Made by a program: the position numbers and the translations under genes. A model generated the notes under the pieces. It saw only the letters and a list, made by a program, of their open reading frames with translations, made no database searches and was not told the origin of the DNA. Positions 55,089-64,000 of a stretch of DNA of 64,000 bases are shown here, piece by piece. This DNA comes from the human T2T-CHM13v2.0 reference genome, Homo sapiens, in assembly GCF_009914755.1 (NCBI RefSeq), contig NC_060925.1. One strand, 5' to 3'. Position 1 is the first letter of the stretch. Each line of letters opens with the position of its first letter.

Positions 55089-56881
55089 GTGTGCCAACTA
55101 CTAGTACATCTAGGACATTCGGAACTGGGGTCTGAATGTTCACTACCTGGAGAGTGGCAGACCCATCTTTCACAATGAGCGTGAGACTTTGTTACTTACG
55201 TGGAGAAACCAGAAATGAAAAGCCCCATAGGTATTCCCTTTCTGGCCCGGTGTCCATGCATGCAGCCCCAGGCTCACAGGTTCCTCCTCCCTTCTCTCCA
55301 CAGATGCCTGCTATCCTGGCCTTCTGGCCTCACACATCGGCCTGGGGCTGCCTGCCTGTATATTGAGGGGAGCGGGACTGTTTAGTCTGCCAGGCACATT
55401 CCTGGATTTTTAAAATAAATACCAGATTATGGGAGACTCAGCTCAGTGCTGTCATTTGGCCAGGCCAGAGGCTTCTGAGGCAGCGCTTGGGAGTAAGCAG
55501 GAGGAATGGCAGTTGGAGGCCACTGCCTGAAACTGGGAACTCTGTGCCAGCCATAATTTGTGGTGGAGATGTTTCTAGCCCTTTCTGAAGTTCCAAAGAA
55601 GTTCTAAGACTACTACTAGTAATAATAATTACCACCACCTTTTGAAAACACTATGTGTCAGACATGATGCTGGGTGATTTATATGCATTCTCTCAATCCT
55701 CACAACAATTGCATTAGGCCCATTACACAGATGATCAAACTGAGGTTTAGAGAAGTTGAATAACATTATCAAAACCATATACTTAGTAAGTGTCTATGGA
55801 ATGGAGGTTGGCCTGACTCCCACGGGCCAGCTCTTAACATCTATGCTATTTTGCCTCTCCAGGCCTTGAAGTAGAGAACAGAATCCCATGCCCCAGCACC
55901 CACTCCAAACACACACACCCATCACCATCCTTTCTGCTGTTCCCAAGGCCCTTTCCAGTCTGTACGGAGCCATTCTCCACTGTGACTCCCTTTTTCCATT
56001 TCACCCTTCGCTGGATCATTTCATGCCTCTATTCCCTCTGCTAATGCAAACTAATTAAAGTATAAAATAGAATAATTGCTTCCATCCCTATACTCTTTTC
56101 CCATCCACCCTGTGTATAGATTTATACTCCTTTTCTAGGAGTGGCCAGCCTGACAAGTTGGGTGAAAACTGGGGCTATCAAGTTTCTTTTCATCTTGTTG
56201 CTTGGTTTTTCACTTGGCTCATAGCCTGATTTTCCCTTGACTCGCTGTCTGACTTCCATTACACACTGAGGATATGGGAGCAACTTGTATGCATGCCCAT
56301 AACATCTGCTGATTCGCTGTCAGTGAAGCTGGGGCAGACTTTCTAGGAAAGAGCCAGGCATCCTCTCAGTGGAGCACCTGGGCAATTAATAGGATTGGGG
56401 AATCAGTTCCCAAATTTTCCCCTGGGACTGGCCGGTCTTAGATCTATTAACAGTACATTACCATTGACTTGTTAGGCAGTGACACTAACGACCCAACACT
56501 TACTAGTCCTATTTCTTAATTACATTTAATTAATTAATTGAGAGTGAAAGAGAATACATGAGTGCTATATTGGATTGTTCTAGCTCTGTGGGGAGATGAA
56601 AACCTCTCTAGGCAGAATGTAAGACCAGAGACTTGGTTTTACTCTCACTATGTGTTCCACTCTCACGGCCCCAAGAATATTACATGTGTCATGTTTGGAG
56701 GATGGGTGGGGGAACAGAGAGGCAAGGGTTGGGGCAGGGTGGAAGACAGGGATGAGAGTAGGTTGCCCAGAGATTTGTTTTAGAGCGAAATGATGAAAAA
56801 CCCATTCCCATGATATCTTAAAAGGTCTCAGGACTTTTAGAGAACTTGAAAGTCTTAAATTGCTGTCTCAAAGTAGGAAAA

Positions 56882-57240
56882 TAGACAACTTACGATGATT
56901 CAACTTATGGTTTTTTTACTTTACAGTGGTGTGAAAGCAATACACATTCAGTAGAAATTGTACTTCAAGTATCCATGCAGCCACTCTCTCCTTCACCTTC
57001 AGTACACTCTTCAATTCATTACATGAGATATTCAACACTTAATTATAAAGTTGGCTTCGTGTTAGATGATTTTGCCCAACTGTAGGTGAAGATAAGTGTT
57101 CTGAGCATGTTTAAGGTAGGTGAGGCTAAGCTATGAGCTTGGGAGGTTAGGTGTATTAAACATGTATTTGACTTACAATATTTCCAACCTACAATGGCTT
57201 GAGTAGGAGGCAACCCCATCATAAGTCGAGAGCATGTGTA
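56882..57240. mobile_element. MER47A-like TcMar-Tigger element
   Basis: tgttagatgattttgcccaactgtagg...tgttctgagca.gtttaaggtagg...ccccatcataagtcga. Confidence 0.8.
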
Positions 57241-57349
57241 CATATCCATAACCAAACCAGCATTCCAGCTTTCTCTACAATGTTGACCCTTCAGCGAAGA
57301 TGCTCATATGAGCACATGTGGCCTCATAAATCTCTCCTTAAGAACATTA

Positions 57350-58085
<736 letters not shown>

Positions 58086-60938
58086 AGGCTGAGGATGACT
58101 GGGTGTGTCATGTCCCCCTGCCCCCTCTTCATCACACACCATCTCTATACTCCTGAGAAATGGGATCATGAGGCATGAGAGCTAGAATGGGCCATATAGA
58201 ATGTGGCATGTGGGGCAGTATAAAAAGAAATTCCCCCTTTATTGTCTCAGCTGAGCCTCACACTGACCTTGCGTGAGAAACACTGAGGTTAAGTGACTTG
58301 TGCAAGGCCATTCAGATAGAGAATGGTGAAATGAAGTCCAAATCATACCCATGGACTTCAGATATGGTGTTATCTGATGCAACTCCTCTCAGCTATAAAA
58401 GAGGAACCAAAGCTGTCAGAGGATTCTACTATCAGTGATAACACAAGCTGGACTAGAACCCAGGACATCTGACTTCATTTTGACAGATTATTCTCCTGCC
58501 ACACATTCAACTGCTTCCTTGGAGACATCTGAGCTGTCTGTGAGTACTTAACTCACAGCCGGCCTCAGACAGATGGGCCTCCTGAGCTGTTCTTGGCTTT
58601 CAGCTTTGGACTGAGCCCCTGGTGAAGTCACCTGGCTACCTATTTCTACACAATTTACGGCTCTCCAGGTGACAGGCCTCAGAGCTCCACCACAAATCCC
58701 CCTCAGACTTTGCCTCGTAATCACAGCTCCATCTGGTACAGGGAGCTCCCCCTACTAATATTTCACTTGACCAGAGGCAGCCCATGGCATGAAACCCAAA
58801 TTCTTCCTATCTCTGCTCATCGTGGCTGGCTACTGCTAAACCCCTCTGTTTGGTGTAGACTGTAACAAGAACTGGGTACCTGAAGCAGAAGGTGGGACAG
58901 AGGAGGGGTATTTACAGATAAGCTGTGTGGACACTTGGTGTGGCCAGGCTGATGGTCTCAGAGATGGCATCAGATATGGATCTAGGAGGTGATTATATTC
59001 TCTGAAACCCACTCATCTGCCTCCAGCCCTGACCCAGCCCCTCTTCTTTGGATACATTTTGAATGCATTTTCAGAAAGCGTTTCATTGGATAAAAAGATA
59101 TGCAGCTAAAATATATGCCTTGGTACCTTCTCGGTCCCACTAAGGTCTCATTGGTCACTTCTTCCTTCCCACTTTGCTGGGCTCAGAGAATCTAAGAAAG
59201 AGCTCTTACCCAGAGCTACCCGCCTGGTCCTCTGCTACACACAGTGCCTCTTGAAAACATTGCATAAAATGTGAGTCTATTTAACCTCTGCTCATCGTTT
59301 TATCCACCAATATAGGTTGTCATCTATCTACCTGTCCTTTTTTCTGTATCTATATCTGCATAAGTGCCTGGAATGGTGCTCATCAAATGTTAACATGGTG
59401 TTATATTTTGGGTAGTGAGATTTGGTGACCTTCTGCTGTTTTCTTTTCTGTATGCATTGCTTGAATTTGTATAACAAGCGTCCACAATTTTTATTAAACA
59501 AATAATGTTTTCCCTTAAAGAAGAACAGGATAAAAGAGCATGTATAGAATTCAATCTGATGTTATTAGGCTATTTGGGTACCTGTCTCTCTCTTGTTAGA
59601 TTGCAATCAACTTAAGGTAGTGGCTAAGTCTCATTCATTTTGATGATTCCCAGCACTTTGTTCCCAATAAATATGTGCCCAGGAATAGTTCTTTTTAGGC
59701 CCACTGACTGTTTCATCGGAATGATAGGTCAGTGTTTATTTCCAAGACTGTCTTACCCACTCTAGGTTAGGCAAAGCTGTCTACAGATCCACAAAATTCC
59801 CATCTGGACCTGTTTATACTTCAACGGCAGAGGCCACATGAAAGAAGGTGAAAAAGACAGGTGGGTTCAAGAGGATCTGGATATAATTGGCATGCAATTA
59901 TCGTATGATTTACGTCATCTGTCCTCAAGAACTAATTTTCAACTCAGAACTGCATCACTGCTTCCCTTAATGCTGTCGTGTGCACACTTATCTCTTCCTT
60001 ACTTCTTCGCTCATCCCTCATCCCCTGATTCAGACTCCTTTTAAATTAGAAAAGAAAGGAGGTAAGGAGAGCTCTGGAAAGGGTAAGTTTGATCAAGGAC
60101 ACCTGGAACTCTTGCAGAATTCTCTGAGAATGACATGAGCTGGGAAGCAACTTGTGAAAGCTCTCTGGACCTTCAGCTCTACCAGCATCCTTCTCTAGCC
60201 TAAGTCAGTGTCCTCAGCTGCTGGGACAGACTGGCAATCCTTTTCCTCATTTCTTTGGCCTTTATTTTACTTACCCTGTTAAGAAAAATGACAAGACCCC
60301 TGCTGCTGCTGCTGAACAACTATTAACCCACTGACCGAGTGAATGGAATGTGTCCGGCTTGGCTAAGGTCTTTGCCTAGCTTTCTGGGTCTCTGTCGATC
60401 TCATGAATCCCCTGCCTTCCCTGCTTCTCTTTCCCTTCACCATGGCTCTCTCTGCATTTGCCTTCTCTCTACTCACACATATTCACAGGAAATACAGTCT
60501 CCATCCATCCCAGAGGGTGGAAGACTTGCTCAGCTGTTTCCCTACAGAGGGTAGAAGTCTATTTCTCAGGGCTTCCCATCTCCATAGGCCTGGTTTCAGC
60601 TTCCCAGAGCTGACCAGCTTATACTCTGCACCAGTCTAAGACTCACGCCAAGATTTTTATTTCCTTCTGGGGCCCTGTCTTGGGTCTGCCTCTCCCAGGA
60701 GTGGGCCCAGCCCAGAGGCCTGGATTATTTACACCTCTTTGGCTCCCTTGAGCAGCAGACTCTGTGGGCCTGAGAGCAGTAAATCTACCTCCTAATCACA
60801 CCAAGCTGCTCCACGCAGTCTGGCCTGTTCTTGCAGGGCTGTTCATCACTTACTGAGACAGGGGCTGTGGCCTAGAGTGAAGCCTCCGGGAAGTGGCTGG
60901 CCCCCGGCTGCTTCTTTCTAGCTCCCTGCAAAAGCCTA

Positions 60939-61250
<312 letters not shown>

Positions 61251-61851
61251 TCAGTATTCCCCTGTGGGCTACCTGCCTCTGCCCAGAGCAGGTAGCTTAC
61301 AGAAGACCATTGCTAACCCCCAGTCACTACTCCATAGACTGAAGTGCCACTTCTTTTAAACAGCCCAATTTCCACCAAAAGGAATCCTTTCCCAAGCAGT
61401 CTGAGTGTTCTGGGCCTGGGATTTCTGACAGTGGATTTATTTGTGTGTGCATATACGCCCTTGGGAATGATTTTGAATATCCCTATGCAGTTATCCTTGT
61501 GTGCATGTACATCTATTTATAGCACTGTGTATTGTATGTGTGTGTAAGTGAGTGTGTGCTTATGCACACTCCTTCATGGTGGCTGGGGTGGGAAAGTCAA
61601 CATCTGTTCACAGTATCTTAGCCTCAGACAAGTATGAAGGAATGGTGAACAATTTATATAAATCATCAAAAAGCTGCTCATTAAGAGATTAAAGATTTTT
61701 GGATCCCAGGAGGGTCTTTCAGCCCCCAAACATATGCCCTGACTGTCCACAAATCCACCCTGTGAGATGTGGGGAGCCAGGAATCCTGGCTTAGCCTCTC
61801 CAAGCCCATCCTAGGAAAATAAGTCAGAAAGGACTGAGATGTCATCTAGTC

Positions 61852-62205
61852 CAGTGCTTCTCAGCCCTGGCTGCACATTAGAATCATCTGGGGAGCTTTA
61901 AAAAATATGAATGCCAGGGCTACATCCATTAATCACAATCTCTGTGGGTGGGGCCCAGGCATCTTCTTCAGCTTAAAAGCTCCCCGGGTGAATTTAATGA
62001 GTAGCCAGGGTCGAGGAGCAGCGAGGTAGTCCTGCAGTTCTCACACTAGTGTGTCCTCAGAATCACCTGGAGGGCTTGGTGAATGCACTGCGAGGCCCAC
62101 CCCCAGAATTTCTGATTCAGTGGGCATGAGGGCTGAGAATGTACATTTCTAACAAATTCCCCAGCTGATGCTGATGCTGTTACTATAAGGGTTTGAAAAG
62201 TACTA
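61852..62205. mobile_element. Two adjacent MER5-family elements
   Basis: cagtgcttctcagccctggctgcacattagaatca... and cagaatcacctggagggctt...tttctaacaaattcccca..tgatgctgatgctg. Confidence 0.75.
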
Positions 62206-64000
62206 TCTAGGCCCTTATGTTGAATGCTGACCTCAAAGAAAAGAGGTCCCTAAGGTCATACAAAAAGTTGGTGGCAAGGAGCCCTTGGTCTGAATGTGCC
62301 CCATCCCCAGTTTTTCTAGTTGTTAGTTTTCTAGTTTTCTAGTAGCTGACTCCTGACCAATATTCATGACCCCAGCCTGTTTTCACTGTCCTCTGCCCAT
62401 CTCTAGCTCAAGCCCCACCTCCTCCATGAAGCCTTCCCCATCCTCTCTAATGGCTAATTAATTGCTCCCACTTTGATGCCTTTTTTTTTTGCCAGACATT
62501 TTGTCCTAGGATAATCAATTGATTTGTTCATTGTATATATACTAGCTAACATGTATTGACTACCTACTCGAATTGTTCTCTAATTGCTTCAGATGTGCGT
62601 AAGTCCTGTCAACATTTTGAAGGCAGGGATATCTTTTCTATTTATCTTATAACCCTCTGAGGACTAGCATGCGACTGGGAACATAGCCGGCAACGGATAA
62701 AAGGGAATGCTTGTGAAATGCTTGTTGAAAGAGCGTGAACTGTGCACCAACTGACAGCATATCCTAGACTCCTTAGGGCTGAATCAAAGTGAGGTCAAAA
62801 GACATTTTCCCTGGAAGATTTTAAGATTAAGGCTTCTTCTCCCTTACACCCTTTGGATTCTCTCTTGGGCCCTTCATCATCTTCTCCCTCTGCCTGTTTC
62901 TCCCTACACCACACTGAGAGCTCCTCAGGCCAAGGCACCATGACTTATTCATCCCAAGTGCCAAGTTCAATGCCTGATGCCACAACAAGTACACTAGCAT
63001 GGATGGATGGATGGATGTGTTTTCAGTTCTTATTGGCCGAGTGGGGAAGGTCAACAGCACTATTGATTGCAGAGCTAGGGGAGTGGGAGAAGAGCTTCCA
63101 TTCCTATTTCTCTACTGTCCTGAGAATCTGCATCCTTGAGGAGCTTGAACCAGGACTTGGTCTGTACCTGTTGGGTTGGGATGGACTCGATGTACATGGG
63201 AAACAGACCATGAGTCCATCGTGGGGTGGGAAGCTCTGGCCCGGGGGTCCCCGGTGGTAGAAACAGCAGATTCTTGCCTGAGGCCCTTGTGCTATACCCC
63301 ACGGATGAAAATGGTAGGTCAGGGTCTAGAGGCAAGGACACCATGTTCTCCTCCTCACCTGCTTTGCTGGGCGACTTGGGGGCTTCTGGGCCTGAACTTA
63401 AGGAGGTAACCTCAATGGAACCAAATAAACTCTTCTCACCCATTCCTGTGCCTCATCACTCCCCTTGTGGGACTTTCCCCTATGCTCCGCTCTTGCCCTC
63501 TTTCTCCCTAGTGAATGGGCTTCCTGCTGTTCAAGGCTGTTGCCTTGTCATCTATCAGTAAAGCCCCTCCTTCCAGAAATGTTGTTAGAAGCCCATTTGT
63601 TTCATTTTCACAGGGTCAAGGGGATTCTAAGAGTCAGCAATGGTGTTACACGGCTGAGACCACCAGCCTGTAACCTGGAGCAATTCTGATGATGAGATTC
63701 AAGCAGAAGGAAGAATAAGAGTCTCTGTGTGGGAAAATGCCCCACAGTTAAAATGGTTCTCCTTGACATTCAAAGCAGCATTCTCCCTTAGATAGACAGA
63801 CCCAAATTTCCATAAGATTCTTACAGAAATATCATAGCTTTTAGTCACAAAAGTTCTTGGGCTATTGCAAGAGGTAGAGGGCAGATGTGATTGCCATGAC
63901 TTCTGGTTGGCCTGGTCTCAGTTTTCTGTCTCCATAAAATGGGGATTTCAGGCCCTGCTTCTTGCCTGAGTCTGAACTGTGCCCCTCCTCTGAAGGGAAA

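Overview
This is primate (almost certainly human) genomic DNA lying wholly inside the plexin-A2 gene (PLXNA2), transcribed on the minus strand. Eight coding exons (135, 101, 124, 154, 97, 115, 201 and 97 bp; exons 4-11 by my recollection of the canonical numbering) splice with GT-AG sites into one open frame. That frame covers the end of the Sema domain, PSI1, an Ig-like/IPT segment, PSI2 and the next Ig-like segment. The rest is intron, including one of about 39 kb (21998-61079), with ordinary Alu, L1, MIR, L2, LTR and MER repeats. Almost all ORF-track entries are spurious. I see no prokaryote-style system and no second gene, and I cannot support a claim of a new biological system. The best leads are a candidate recursive splice site or poison exon at 45707/45708, a retrotransposon target site used twice, Alu pairs that could promote circRNA or editing, and several motif clusters (CTCF, RFX, POU/SOX, GATA, DUX4). 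Repeat subfamily calls come from recognising consensus by eye, so their boundaries are approximate.
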